64,000 nt of DNA, from contig JAWCKR010000002.1 of assembly GCA_038851755.1 (NCBI GenBank), positions 1 through 64,000 of the forward strand, given 5' to 3'. Within the stretch, counting starts at the first letter, position 1; every line of letters begins with the position of its first letter. Below, piece by piece: positions 46,609 through 56,314 of the stretch. The notes below the pieces were generated by a model that worked only from the letters and a program-made list of their open reading frames with translations, was not told where the DNA came from and searched no databases. This DNA is from Candidatus Hadarchaeales archaeon (GTDB taxonomy: Archaea > Hadarchaeota > Hadarchaeia > Hadarchaeales > WYZ-LMO6). Position numbers and translations under genes: made by a program.

Positions 46609-47042
46609 AGGTCTTCATCTTCCCTCCCAACAGCCTGATCCTCTCCGACCTGGTGGAGAGGTTTGGCCACACCCCCCTCTCGCTGGGGAAGGAGATAGGC
46701 GAGAGGGTGAGGGACCCGGGTCTGGACAACCCGCCCCTCAACCTCACCGAGGAGGACCTGGTGAGGGGGCTCAGGTACGTTTCCATAGAGGCCCCCTCGG
46801 GGGTGAGGGGGAGGATGGGGGTGCTGGGTCCTCTGGTGGACCAGGCGGAGGCGGCCGTGGTGGTGAAGAACACCTCCTATGCCTTCGGTTGTTCCGGATG
46901 CGCCAGGGCCGGTCTTCAGGTCCTCTACCTGCTGAAGAGGAGGGGAATTCCCGTGCTGGAGGTGGAGTATCCCAACACTCGCGAGGAGGCCAGGGAGATG
47001 GTGAGGAGGATAGCGGAGTTCCTGGGGGGACTGAAGGGATGA
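46605..47042 (+). CDS. mmp5: Methanogenesis marker protein 5
   Basis: KVFIFPPNSLILSDLVERFGH, PSGVRGRM, FGCSGCAR. Confidence 0.93.
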   Translation: MKVFIFPPNSLILSDLVERFGHTPLSLGKEIGERVRDPGLDNPPLNLTEEDLVRGLRYVSIEAPSGVRGRMGVLGPLVDQAEAAVVVKNTSYAFGCSGCARAGLQVLYLLKRRGIPVLEVEYPNTREEAREMVRRIAEFLGGLKG

Positions 47043-48259
47043 CCAGGATAGCCCAGCTTTCCTGCGGGACCGAGTGGAGCGGGATTCAGGCCATGCTGGA
47101 GAAGGCGGCCGGGATGGTGGGGGCGGAGCTCTTCTTCCCCGAGGTGGACCTGGAGAGCATCGACAGGGCGGTGGAGGAGGTGGGGCTGGAGGTGCAGAGC
47201 CCCAACCTCAGGCTCATGATCGCCAGGGCCAAGGCCCTGGCGGAAGGTGTTCCCGCGGACGCCGCCCTCATCCTCACTTGTTTCAGGTGTGCGGAGGGGG
47301 TGCTGGCCAAGCACGCGGTGAGGAGGTACCTCCAGGAGCACACCAACCTTCCCCTGGTGATGTACTCTTTCACGGAGAAGCCCAAGCTCGGGGAGCTCCT
47401 CATCAGGATGGAGGCGCTGGTAACGCTCGCGGAGAAGAAGACCCTGCTGGCGAGGGAGAGGCAGGAGGGGCTCACCCTGGGCATAGACTCCGGCTCCTCC
47501 ACCACCAAGGCGGTGGTGATGAGGGACAACGAGGTGATAGGCACGGGGTGGACCCCCACCACTGAGGTGGTGGAGGCGGCGGAGAGGGTGAAGAGGGAGG
47601 CCCTGGCGCAGGCGGGGGTGAAGGAGGGGGAGATAGAAGGGGTGGGGGTAACGGGCTACGGGAGGTTCCTGCTGGGAGAGCTCCTGAAGGCTGACCTGGT
47701 GCAGGAGGAGCTCACGGTGGTCTCGAAGGGGACGGCCTTCCTCTCCGGAGTGCAGAGGGGGGAGGCCACCGTGATAGACATAGGGGGACTGGACAACAAG
47801 GTGATGACCCTCCTCAACGGCATACCGGACAGCTTCACGATGGGGGGTGTGTGTGCGGGCTCGTCCGGAAGGTTCCTGGAGCTTGCGGCCTCCAGGCTGG
47901 GTGTGGATGTCCCCACCCTGGGCAAGCTCGCGCTGAGAGGGGATCCCGAGAAGGTGAGGATGGACAGCTACTGTGCCATCTTCGGGATCCAGGATCTGGT
48001 TTCGGGGCTGGCGAGCGGGAGCGCCAGGGAGGACATCGCCGCGGCCGCCTGCAGGAGCGTGGCCAGGCAGGTCTTCGAGACCCAGCTGCAGGAGATAGAC
48101 CTCAGGCTGCCCGTGATAGAGGTGGGGGGGACGGCCCTGGTGGAGGGTCTGGTGAAGGAGATGAGGGAGATTCTGAAGGTGGACATCAGGGTGCCCAACC
48201 TGCCTCAGTTCGGGGGAGCCGTGGGAGCGGCCCTCCTGGTGTCGGGGGTCAAGGGTTGA
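47039..48259 (+). CDS. mmp15: Methanogenesis marker protein 15 (ASKHA activase-like ATPase)
   Basis: RIAQLSCGTEWSG, TCFRCAEG, GIDSGSSTTK, IDIGG.DNK, FTMGGVCAG, SYC. Confidence 0.93.
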   Translation: MTRIAQLSCGTEWSGIQAMLEKAAGMVGAELFFPEVDLESIDRAVEEVGLEVQSPNLRLMIARAKALAEGVPADAALILTCFRCAEGVLAKHAVRRYLQEHTNLPLVMYSFTEKPKLGELLIRMEALVTLAEKKTLLARERQEGLTLGIDSGSSTTKAVVMRDNEVIGTGWTPTTEVVEAAERVKREALAQAGVKEGEIEGVGVTGYGRFLLGELLKADLVQEELTVVSKGTAFLSGVQRGEATVIDIGGLDNKVMTLLNGIPDSFTMGGVCAGSSGRFLELAASRLGVDVPTLGKLALRGDPEKVRMDSYCAIFGIQDLVSGLASGSAREDIAAAACRSVARQVFETQLQEIDLRLPVIEVGGTALVEGLVKEMREILKVDIRVPNLPQFGGAVGAALLVSGVKG

Positions 48260-48933
48260 CCGAGAAGGTGTTTGTGGAGTCCCTGGACCCCTCCTACCAG
48301 TACGGCTACGGTGTCCTCATGTCCAAGGTGATAGCGGAGCACGCCTTGTCCGAGCTGGCCCTGGGGGGGGCGCTGGAGGAGCTGAGGATCTTGGTGGACA
48401 TGAGGAAGCCCCTCTTCGCGGTCAGTGTTCGGCTGGGTCCCCCTCTTCCCCCCGTGAGGGTGGGGGACTGCGCCAGGGTGCAGGAGGGTCCGGACGGGAT
48501 CCACGTGGTCCTGCTGGACGAGGGTCAGGCCCCCTTCCTGGCCAGGCTCCTGAGGGAGAGGTTCGGGGGGAGTCTGGAGCAGCTGGACCGGTGGGAAGTG
48601 GTGGTGCCTTCCCGGGTGATACCGGTGAAGGAACTGGAAAAGCTGGTGGTCTCTCATCCCCAGGAGAGAACGATGGGGAGGATCATGGACGCGCTCGACA
48701 GGATTATACCGGTGGGCTTCAGGGTGCGCTATGCGGAGAGGGGGGAGAACTCCCTGCTCCTGATGGCATCGGAGAACCCCATCAAAGAAGGGTGGGTGAG
48801 GGAGGTGAAGGAGGCCCTGAAGAAGCCTCCCGTCCCGGTCCCACCCGAGAAGATGGAGGGGATAAGGAGGAAGGTGGAAGCGGCCGAAATAGCTCCCAAG
48901 TTCAAGGAAGGGGCCATGCCCTGGAGGCTGTAG
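48256..48933 (+). CDS. mmp17: Methanogenesis marker protein 17
   Basis: TTG overlapping the mmp15 stop; RIIPVGFRVR, MASENPI; position between mmp15 and mmp7. Confidence 0.8.
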   Translation: MTEKVFVESLDPSYQYGYGVLMSKVIAEHALSELALGGALEELRILVDMRKPLFAVSVRLGPPLPPVRVGDCARVQEGPDGIHVVLLDEGQAPFLARLLRERFGGSLEQLDRWEVVVPSRVIPVKELEKLVVSHPQERTMGRIMDALDRIIPVGFRVRYAERGENSLLLMASENPIKEGWVREVKEALKKPPVPVPPEKMEGIRRKVEAAEIAPKFKEGAMPWRL

Positions 48934-48936
48934 AGC

Positions 48937-49887
48937 TTGCCCGGGTTCCTCTTCGAGGGGGGAGGTTACAGGCACCAGGAGCTGCTCGAGCTGGTGGAGG
49001 ACCTGGGAGGCTCCATCCTCCAGGTGAGGGTGGTGGGAACGGAGGTCACCATCACCTTCTCCGTCCCAGAAGAGGATGTGGCGGAGGTGGAGGACCTGGT
49101 GAGGGACCTCCAGGGGAAGCTGAAGAAGCTTCCCCTGCTGGGCTCCGAGATAGCGGTGGTCTCCCCCACCATCACCCGCCATCACCTCCCCCACCCCCTC
49201 TGCGACGTGGCCGAGTACCTGCGCAGGGAGGGAGCCAAGACCAACATGATCGGGCTGGCGAGAGGCCCGGGGCAAAGAACCTGTCAGATCAGCGTGGAGG
49301 AGAGGAGGTTGATAGAGGAGCACGACGCCGCGGTCTTCGTGCTCGGGAACTTCGAGTACTGTCTGAGGGAGCACAAGTGGAAGCTCTTCAAGGACCTGTC
49401 GGTGCCGGTGGTGGTGGCGGGCGGTCCGGAGCTTTCCTCCCTCCCCTACGCCTTCTCCTACATCTCGGGGATGGGGAGGCTGCCCTACAGGGCCAGGACC
49501 TTCACGGAGATAGGGAAGCTGGATGAGGTGGCAAGGGCCGTGGAGAGGGCGCTTGAAGAGAGGAGGAAGAGGCTTTCCCTCGATCCTCCCCTCCTCTCCC
49601 CCCTGGTCCTGAAGGGGGAGATAGAGCACAGGCTTGAGGAGGTCAGGAGGTGCGGGGCACCCTTGCCCGTCACCCCCAGGCTGGGAGGGGTGAGGGTCAA
49701 GCTCCCCTACGACAGGTTCGCGGGAGTGTTGTCGGAACTGGAGGTGGCGGGGTACAGACTGGGAGAGATAGCGGAGATCCGCAGGTCCCTGATGAGGGAC
49801 TACATCCTGGTCGACCTCCTTCCCCTCTCGAGGCTGGAGCTTCCCCGAAAGGGACTCAGGGCTATAAGCGGTGGGGTGGAGGTTTAA
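48937..49887 (+). CDS. mmp7: Methanogenesis marker protein 7
   Basis: FEGG..ELVEDLGG, HHLPHPLCDVAEYLRREGAKTNMIGLARG, IEEHD, GNFEYC, GVRVKLPY. Confidence 0.93.
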   Translation: MPGFLFEGGGYRHQELLELVEDLGGSILQVRVVGTEVTITFSVPEEDVAEVEDLVRDLQGKLKKLPLLGSEIAVVSPTITRHHLPHPLCDVAEYLRREGAKTNMIGLARGPGQRTCQISVEERRLIEEHDAAVFVLGNFEYCLREHKWKLFKDLSVPVVVAGGPELSSLPYAFSYISGMGRLPYRARTFTEIGKLDEVARAVERALEERRKRLSLDPPLLSPLVLKGEIEHRLEEVRRCGAPLPVTPRLGGVRVKLPYDRFAGVLSELEVAGYRLGEIAEIRRSLMRDYILVDLLPLSRLELPRKGLRAISGGVEV

Positions 49888-49889
49888 GG

Positions 49890-50267
49890 GTGGAGACCGG
49901 GAAGCCAGAGGTGGAGGTCTTTCCGTACAGGCTGCCGAGCGATGAGACCGTTTCCAAGTTCCTGAACCTGCTCAGGGGGATAAAGGGGGTGTCCAGGGTG
50001 ATGATGCATGGGCCCTCCATCTACTACCGCAGGTTCATCGAGGTGGGCGGGAAGAAGATCGTCCTGCGCATCCAGGTGGGGAAGTTCTGGGTGGAGATGG
50101 AGACCCTGGAGGAGCTGGAGACCCTGAAGGAGGTTTGCAGGCAGGTCTTCCCCTACGGCTTCGAGCTCAAGGTTGGGAGGTTCACGAGGGAGAAGGAGCC
50201 CCTGAGCGGGAGGAGGCTGGTGCTCAGGATGGACACCTGCTTCCTGGAGGGCGGTGAGGAAGAGTGA
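49890..50267 (+). CDS. mcrD: Methyl-coenzyme M reductase operon protein D
   Basis: VEVFPYRL..ETVSKFLN, HGPS, RRFIEVGG..LRIQVGK, CRQVFPYGF..GRF. Confidence 0.8.
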   Translation: METGKPEVEVFPYRLPSDETVSKFLNLLRGIKGVSRVMMHGPSIYYRRFIEVGGKKIVLRIQVGKFWVEMETLEELETLKEVCRQVFPYGFELKVGRFTREKEPLSGRRLVLRMDTCFLEGGEEE

Positions 50268-50905
50268 GGCTGGGGAGAAAGTGCAGGGTGGTGGACTGCA
50301 GGGAGACGGCCGGGTTGGGTCTGGGAGGAGGTCTGGCCCAGAGGGGGACGCTGGCGGAAGCGGCAGAGCCGGACATCATCGTGCTCTCGATGGGTCCCAG
50401 TCCCAGGCACATCACCAAGCCCGTGTGCGAGATCACCTACGGTCTGAGGGAGGCAGGGTTCAACGTCAGCGTGCTGGTGCTCAAGATGGGGATAGGACCG
50501 CCCGAGGAACTCATGGATCAGGTGATAGGCGCGGCCTACTCCAACCTCTTCCCCGAGGAGGAGGAGCAGATACGCAGGCACAAGCTGGCCCTCATCCACG
50601 TGGGCAATGTCCCCAGGCACTTCATACCCAAGATCAAGGTCTTCCTGAGAAACGTCTCCCTCCCCGCGGTGGTGGTCTCGCAGGCCCCCGTGACCATGAA
50701 GGACTTCGCCGAGGCGGGAATAAGGACCAGGGAGTTCGAGCCTGAGGCACCGGAGACGAAGGGAGTGGTGGTGGAGGTGATAACGGGCGTGATAAGGGGA
50801 CAGACCTGTCCGCAGGAGAAGCTGGATGAGATCATCGGGAAGGTCAAGTACTGGATGGAGAGGTTGAGGGATGGACAGGCACGTCTGGGAAGTGGCCAAG
50901 GCTAA
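50264..50905 (+). CDS. mcrC: Methyl-coenzyme M reductase operon protein C
   Basis: VDCRETAGLGLGGGLAQRGTLAE, RHITKPVCEIT, HVGNV, GVIRGQTCP. Confidence 0.93.
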   Translation: MRLGRKCRVVDCRETAGLGLGGGLAQRGTLAEAAEPDIIVLSMGPSPRHITKPVCEITYGLREAGFNVSVLVLKMGIGPPEELMDQVIGAAYSNLFPEEEEQIRRHKLALIHVGNVPRHFIPKIKVFLRNVSLPAVVVSQAPVTMKDFAEAGIRTREFEPEAPETKGVVVEVITGVIRGQTCPQEKLDEIIGKVKYWMERLRDGQARLGSGQG

Positions 50906-51716
50906 GGTGGTGGTGGAGGGGGGCAGGATCACCCACGTGGGGGAGCCCCTCACCCAGTTCTGTCCCGTGATCGAGGCCCTGAGCGGGAGCGGGGAGAGGA
51001 GCAGGGAGGGGGTGAGGGAGTCCATGGAGAGGAGGATGGAGCTCCTGGGCCTCTCCACCCCCAGGAGGGTGCTGGAGCTGGAGGTCCCCGGGGTGGGCTT
51101 CGGGGCCTCGGAGTGCCTGGCCACCGCCCTGGAGAGGGGGGTGATAGAGACCACGGTGACGGTGTGCGACGGGGCGGGGACGGTGCTCACGGACAGACCG
51201 GAGCTGGTTCAGGGTATAGGGATGGCCATGAGCGCTCTGCTCGAGACCAGCCCCCTCCCCGAGGTGATCCGAAAGCTGGAGGAGAGGGGTGCGGTGGTCC
51301 TCGACCCCTCCACGGCCAGGATGGACCAGGTGGAGGGGGTGAGGAAAGCCCTCTCGCTGGGGTACCGGAAGATAGGGGTGACGGTGATGGGTCCTGAGGC
51401 CCCCCTCATAGAGGAGCTGAGGAGGATGGAGAAGGAAGCGGGAGCCACCCTGCTGATCATCGTGATCCACACCACAGGGGTGGGGGAGGAGCTCGTCCCG
51501 CATCTCCTGAAGGCGGACATGGTTCATGCCTGCGCCTCGAAGGTGGTGAGGGAGAGAATAGGTCCGCTGGCCAGGGCCTCCTTCGGGAAGAGCATACCTG
51601 CCTACGCCCTGACGGAGCTGGGGGAGAGGGTGCTGAGGATGCAGGAGGAAAAGCTGGGGAAGAGCGAGCGAGCGGTGAAGGTGGAAACCCCCCGTCCCCC
51701 CTCCCCCCTGCGCTGA
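50871..51716 (+). CDS. mmp8: Methanogenesis marker protein 8 (DUF2099)
   Basis: DRHVWE, CP, FGASE, VCDGAGTV..PELVQGIG, MDQVEGV, HTTG, CASK. Confidence 0.88.
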   Translation: MDRHVWEVAKAKVVVEGGRITHVGEPLTQFCPVIEALSGSGERSREGVRESMERRMELLGLSTPRRVLELEVPGVGFGASECLATALERGVIETTVTVCDGAGTVLTDRPELVQGIGMAMSALLETSPLPEVIRKLEERGAVVLDPSTARMDQVEGVRKALSLGYRKIGVTVMGPEAPLIEELRRMEKEAGATLLIIVIHTTGVGEELVPHLLKADMVHACASKVVRERIGPLARASFGKSIPAYALTELGERVLRMQEEKLGKSERAVKVETPRPPSPLR

Positions 51717-51720
51717 GAAC

Positions 51721-52305
51721 ATGAGGATAAGGGATGGGATCTATCTGGTGAAGCCGGGGAAGGTGGTTTACGACGAGGTCTCCGTGCAGTACGCCTCCTC
51801 CTCCGTGGTGCTGATCGACGACGGGAAGCTGATCCTGGTGGACACGGCTCTGGAGGAGGACTGGCCCCTGGTGGAGGAGGGAATAAGGAGGGCGGGCTTT
51901 CATCCCTCCGAGGTGTGTGCGGTGGTGAACACCCACCTCCACCCGGACCACACGGGGTGCAACGACAAGTTCGAGGCGGAGCACTACGCCCACCCCCTGG
52001 AGATAGAGAGGACGGGTTTGAGGCACTACCTCCCATGCCCATCCAGGCTCTCGGAGAGGGTGAGGATCATGGAGACCCCCGGTCATGTGGAGGGGCACCT
52101 CTCCGTGGTTTTCGGGGGGGTGGTGGTGGCAGGCGACGCCATTCCCACCAGGAAACATCATGAGGAGGGGATCATCCCCAGGATTCACACGGATGCCGGT
52201 AAGGCCAGGGAGAGCATGAGGAGGATAGCCGAGGTGGCGGAGGTGATCGTGCCCGGGCACGACCTTCCCTTTGAAGTGAGGCGTCCGTCCGGGGGGATGG
52301 GATGA
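51721..52305 (+). CDS. Metallo-beta-lactamase-fold hydrolase
   Basis: VDT, THLHPDHTG, TPGH, AGDA, PGH. Confidence 0.9.
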   Translation: MRIRDGIYLVKPGKVVYDEVSVQYASSSVVLIDDGKLILVDTALEEDWPLVEEGIRRAGFHPSEVCAVVNTHLHPDHTGCNDKFEAEHYAHPLEIERTGLRHYLPCPSRLSERVRIMETPGHVEGHLSVVFGGVVVAGDAIPTRKHHEEGIIPRIHTDAGKARESMRRIAEVAEVIVPGHDLPFEVRRPSGGMG

Positions 52306-53459
52306 AGGAGGAGAAGAGGGGCTTTTCCACGAGAGCGGTGCACGGCGGTGAAGAGCCCTGCCCGGCGACGGGGGCCCATGCCCCGCCCATCTACCAGACC
52401 TCCACCTTCGTGCTGGGCAAGGAGCTCCCCCCCAAGTACGTCTACACCAGGCACGGGAACCCCACCCAGGAGGTACTGGAGAGGAAGGTGGCGCTGCTGG
52501 AGGGAGGGGAAGCCGCCCTGGCCACGGCCTCGGGGATGGCGGCCATCCTGGTCTCCCTCCTTGCCCTGGTGAGGAAGGGGGAAAAGGTGGGTTGCTCCTT
52601 GGCGGTCTACGGGGGCACCTACAACCTGGCGAGGAACCTCCTCCCGAGGCTGGGGATGGAGGTCCTCATGTTCGATCCCAGGAAGAGGGAGGAGGTGGAG
52701 AGGGTGCTGAGGATGGGGGCCGGGGTCCTCTTCCTGGAGACCCCCACCAACCCCACGCTGGATGTGGTGGACCTGGAGGAGGTGTGCGGGCTGGCGGAGG
52801 ACCGCGGTGCGAAGGTGGTGGTGGACAACACCCTCATGACCCCCTACTACCAGAGGCCCCTGGAACTGGGCGCAGAGGTGGTGGTCCACAGCGCCACCAA
52901 GTATCTGTGCGGCCACGGGGACGCGCTGGGGGGAGTGGTGGTGGGCAAAAAGGACTTCGTGGAGGAGGCCAGGAGGATGCTGGTCCTTACGGGAGGAGCG
53001 ATAAGCCCCTTCAACGCCTGGCTGATCGCCAGGGGCATCAAGACCCTCCCCCTCAGGATGGAAAGGCACAGCCAGAACGCCCTCAAGGTGGCGGAGTTCC
53101 TCTCCTCCCATCCCAGGGTGAGGAGGGTGAGCTACCCCGGCCTTCCCAGCCACCCCCAGCACGGGCTGGCGAGAAGGCAGATGAGGGGCTTCGGGGGAAT
53201 GCTGGCTTTCGAGCTGGAGGGCGGAATGGAGGAGGCCTACAGGATGATGGAAAGGCTGGAGCTCGTGAAGCGTGCGGTGAGCCTGGGTGATGTTTCCTCC
53301 CTCATAGAGCATCCCGCCTCCATGACCCACCGTTCCCTCCCGGAGGAGGAAAGGGAGAGGATAGGGATAGGGGAGGGTCTGGTGAGGATGTCGGTGGGGG
53401 TGGAGGATGCGGAAGATATAATAGAGGATTTGGAAAAGGCGTTAGGTACCTCCGGGTGA
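52302..53459 (+). CDS. PLP trans-sulfuration enzyme (methionine gamma-lyase/cystathionine gamma-synthase family)
   Basis: PIYQTSTF, YTRHGNPT, SGMAA, ETPTNP, VDNT, HSATKYLCGHGD, AVSLG..SLIEHPASMTH. Confidence 0.93.
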   Translation: MKEEKRGFSTRAVHGGEEPCPATGAHAPPIYQTSTFVLGKELPPKYVYTRHGNPTQEVLERKVALLEGGEAALATASGMAAILVSLLALVRKGEKVGCSLAVYGGTYNLARNLLPRLGMEVLMFDPRKREEVERVLRMGAGVLFLETPTNPTLDVVDLEEVCGLAEDRGAKVVVDNTLMTPYYQRPLELGAEVVVHSATKYLCGHGDALGGVVVGKKDFVEEARRMLVLTGGAISPFNAWLIARGIKTLPLRMERHSQNALKVAEFLSSHPRVRRVSYPGLPSHPQHGLARRQMRGFGGMLAFELEGGMEEAYRMMERLELVKRAVSLGDVSSLIEHPASMTHRSLPEEERERIGIGEGLVRMSVGVEDAEDIIEDLEKALGTSG

Positions 53460-53463
53460 GGGG

Positions 53464-54915
53464 ATGAGGAAGGAGGACTTCGACCGCGTGTTCTGCCCCA
53501 GGGGAGTGGCGGTGGTGGGTGCCTCCAGCAACCTCTCCAAGTTCGGCTTCATCTTCTACTACGGTCTGAAGAACTCGGGTGCCCCGGTGTATCCCGTCAA
53601 CCCCAAGGAGGAGGAGGTGCTGGGCGACAGGGCCTATCCCACCGTGGACGCCATCCCCCACCCCGTGGACTACGCGGTGATCTCCATCCCCGCATCTTCC
53701 GTGCCCAAGGTGATCGAGGACTGCGGGAAGAAGGGGGTGAAGGCGGTCAGCATCTACACCGCGGGCTACGGGGAGGAGGGGACGGAGGAGGGGAGGAGGA
53801 GGGAGAGGGAGCTGGCGGAAACGGCCAGGAGGAGCGGGGTGAGGGTGATAGGGCCCAACTGCATAGGGGTCTACTGCCCCAAGGGCAGGCTCTCCTTCTT
53901 CGCCGGCCTTCCCCTGCTGGAGGGGGACGTGGCCTTCCTCTCCCAGAGCGGGGGGCACGCGGAGGAGTTTGCCTACAAGGCCGAGAACTGGGGGATAGGT
54001 TTCAGCAAGATCGTGAGCTTCGGGAACTCGTGCGATGTCACGTGCGAGGAGCTGCTGGAGTACCTGGAGGTGGATCCGGACACCAGGATCATAGGGATCT
54101 ACGTGGAGGGGTCCAGGAACGGGAGGAAGTTCTTCGAGGTGCTCAGGAGGGTGGCGGCGAAGAAGCCCGTGGTGGTGTGGAAGGGGGGCGAGACCGAGGC
54201 GGGGGCGAGGGCCGTGGCCTCCCACACGGGGTCGATGGCCGGATCCACCCAGGTGTGGAGGGCCGCCCTGAGGCAGGCGGGGGCCATACCGGTGGATGAT
54301 TTCGAGGAGATGGCGGATGTCATCTCGGCCCTGAGGCTTCTCCCCCTCCCCAAGGGAAGGAGGGTGGCGGTGGTGGGGGCCGGAGGGGGGGCAGGCGTGG
54401 CCTCCACGGATGCCTGCGAGAAGAACGGCCTGAAGGTGGCACCACTGCAGGAGGAGACCATGGAGAAGCTGAGGAAGGTGGTCCCGCCGCTGGGCACCTC
54501 CGTGAGGAACCCGGTCGACCTCTCCTACTTCGTGCTCTTCAACTTCTCCCTGATGGAGGAGTGCGTGAGGATTCTGGCCGCCGACCCGGGGGTGGACATG
54601 CTGATAGCGCACGTGAGCCACCTGGACATGATGATGAAGGCCCTCCCCACTCCCGAGGAAGAGGTGCTCCGCGTCCTCGCGAGGGTGAAGGAGGACACGA
54701 AGGCCTTCCCGGACAAGCCCCTCGCCGTCGTGCTCGCCCTGGAGTCGGACTTCGAGGTCCAGAGGAGGAAGGTGGAGGTGAGGGAGAGACTGGTGAAGAG
54801 CGGCATGTGCGTCTTCCCCACCACCGCCAGGGCGGCCAGGACCCTCTCCCACCTGGCCTTCCTGAGGGAGGTAAGGGAGAGGAGGGCTAGAAGGGAGGCT
54901 TCCCAGGGTTCATGA
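53464..54915 (+). CDS. ADP-forming acyl-CoA synthetase alpha-type subunit (CoA-binding)
   Basis: PRGVAVVGAS, PVNPK, GPNCIG, SQSGG, VSFGN, ASHTGSMAG (phospho-His), NPVD. Confidence 0.9.
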   Translation: MRKEDFDRVFCPRGVAVVGASSNLSKFGFIFYYGLKNSGAPVYPVNPKEEEVLGDRAYPTVDAIPHPVDYAVISIPASSVPKVIEDCGKKGVKAVSIYTAGYGEEGTEEGRRRERELAETARRSGVRVIGPNCIGVYCPKGRLSFFAGLPLLEGDVAFLSQSGGHAEEFAYKAENWGIGFSKIVSFGNSCDVTCEELLEYLEVDPDTRIIGIYVEGSRNGRKFFEVLRRVAAKKPVVVWKGGETEAGARAVASHTGSMAGSTQVWRAALRQAGAIPVDDFEEMADVISALRLLPLPKGRRVAVVGAGGGAGVASTDACEKNGLKVAPLQEETMEKLRKVVPPLGTSVRNPVDLSYFVLFNFSLMEECVRILAADPGVDMLIAHVSHLDMMMKALPTPEEEVLRVLARVKEDTKAFPDKPLAVVLALESDFEVQRRKVEVRERLVKSGMCVFPTTARAARTLSHLAFLREVRERRARREASQGS

Positions 54916-56314
54916 TGTGGCGGGGGTCGATCAGGTCCTTCAGGGCCCTCCACAGCCTGCCGTACTCGCCCAGCTTCCTGCCCTCCACCACTCCCGGGAA
55001 GGGCCTGAACCAGCCGTAGATCCCCACCTTCAGCAGGCCCCTCATGATCTCCCGGTGCATTCTCCTCATCTTCCTGACCTGCTCGGGGTCGCCGGCGTCC
55101 CAGAGGATGCAGGGGTCGTTGTAGGCCAGCTGGCCGTGGAAGGGCGCCACGGGCACGGCCTCGTAGTGGAACTCGTCGAAGCCGTACCTGAAGCTGATCT
55201 CCCTGCAGACCCTGTAGTACTCGGGGGCGAGCTTCATCACCCCGTAGAAGGAGCACCCGTAGAGGTTCCCCTTCTTCCATCCCCTCACGCTCGTCCTCTC
55301 CCAGATCTCGTCCTTGATCATCTCCTCCTCCGTCTCCGGGGGCAGGGGGAGGAGGCTCCCTCCGTTCTCCTCCACGATCTTCCTCATCCTCTCCTCATCC
55401 TTCTCGGCCTTCCACCTCTCCCCGGCCACGTAGAGCCACATGCTGAAGAAGTCCCTCTCGAAGAGGTCGGCCAGTCCCTCCAGCCTTCCCCCGCTGGTGA
55501 GGGTGCGCAGGGAGGAGGGGGTGAAGGTCATGGTCCAGCAGGCCTCCACCACGTCCCTCACGGTCAGCTCGATGGCCGGCTTCACCATGGACTCGTAGTC
55601 CGGGAAGGAAGCCATGAAGGGCTTCATCACCTCGGGCATGGGATAGAGCCTTATCGTCCCCTTCGTGAGCACCCCCATCGTCCCCGGGTTGGCCTGGAAG
55701 AGCTTGCACAGGTCAGGTCCGTTGACCAGGTTGCAGTAGGGGAGGGGGTGAGAGGTGGGGGTGTTGATGGATCCCGTTCTGAGGAGCCTGCCGTCCGGGA
55801 GGACCACCTCGATGGAGATGAGGTGGTCGGTTCCGTAGCGGGTGGCGGGCCCGTAGATCCCCCGTAGCATGTAGTTGGCCAGGACGGAGGCGGTGGAGGG
55901 GGCCCAGGGGGTGATCACCCTCAGCCCGGTCTTCTTCACCTCGTTCACGAGCTGTCCGAAGCTCACCCCCGGCTCTATGGTCGCCGTCATCATCTCCTCG
56001 TTGATCTCCAGGATGCGGTTCATCCTCCTCAGGTCGAGCAGGATTCCCCCCTTCGAGGGAATGCAGAGACCCTTCCGGTTGATGCCCGAGGCGAGGGGGA
56101 TCACGGGCACCCTCAGACGGTAGGCCAGCCTGAGGACCTCCTGCACCTCCCTGGCGGATCCGGGCCTCACCACCAGGTCGGGCCGGTGGGGCGGGACCAG
56201 GAAGAACTGATCGTCCCTCTCGAAGGGGATGAGGTCGGTGGGGTCGGAGGAGACGTTTTCCTCCCCCACCAGGTCCGCCAGCTTCTTCTCCAGGCTTTTG
56301 ATCCCGGCGCTCAT
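54887..56314 (-). CDS. FAD-binding oxidoreductase (VAO/PCMH family), paralog of 35664-37139
   Basis: PDLVVRPGS, GGILLDLRRMNRI, EVVLPDGRLLRTG, GTMGVLTK, DLIDPRHIMNPG. Confidence 0.9.
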   Translation of the reverse strand: MSAGIKSLEKKLADLVGEENVSSDPTDLIPFERDDQFFLVPPHRPDLVVRPGSAREVQEVLRLAYRLRVPVIPLASGINRKGLCIPSKGGILLDLRRMNRILEINEEMMTATIEPGVSFGQLVNEVKKTGLRVITPWAPSTASVLANYMLRGIYGPATRYGTDHLISIEVVLPDGRLLRTGSINTPTSHPLPYCNLVNGPDLCKLFQANPGTMGVLTKGTIRLYPMPEVMKPFMASFPDYESMVKPAIELTVRDVVEACWTMTFTPSSLRTLTSGGRLEGLADLFERDFFSMWLYVAGERWKAEKDEERMRKIVEENGGSLLPLPPETEEEMIKDEIWERTSVRGWKKGNLYGCSFYGVMKLAPEYYRVCREISFRYGFDEFHYEAVPVAPFHGQLAYNDPCILWDAGDPEQVRKMRRMHREIMRGLLKVGIYGWFRPFPGVVEGRKLGEYGRLWRALKDLIDPRHIMNPGKPPF

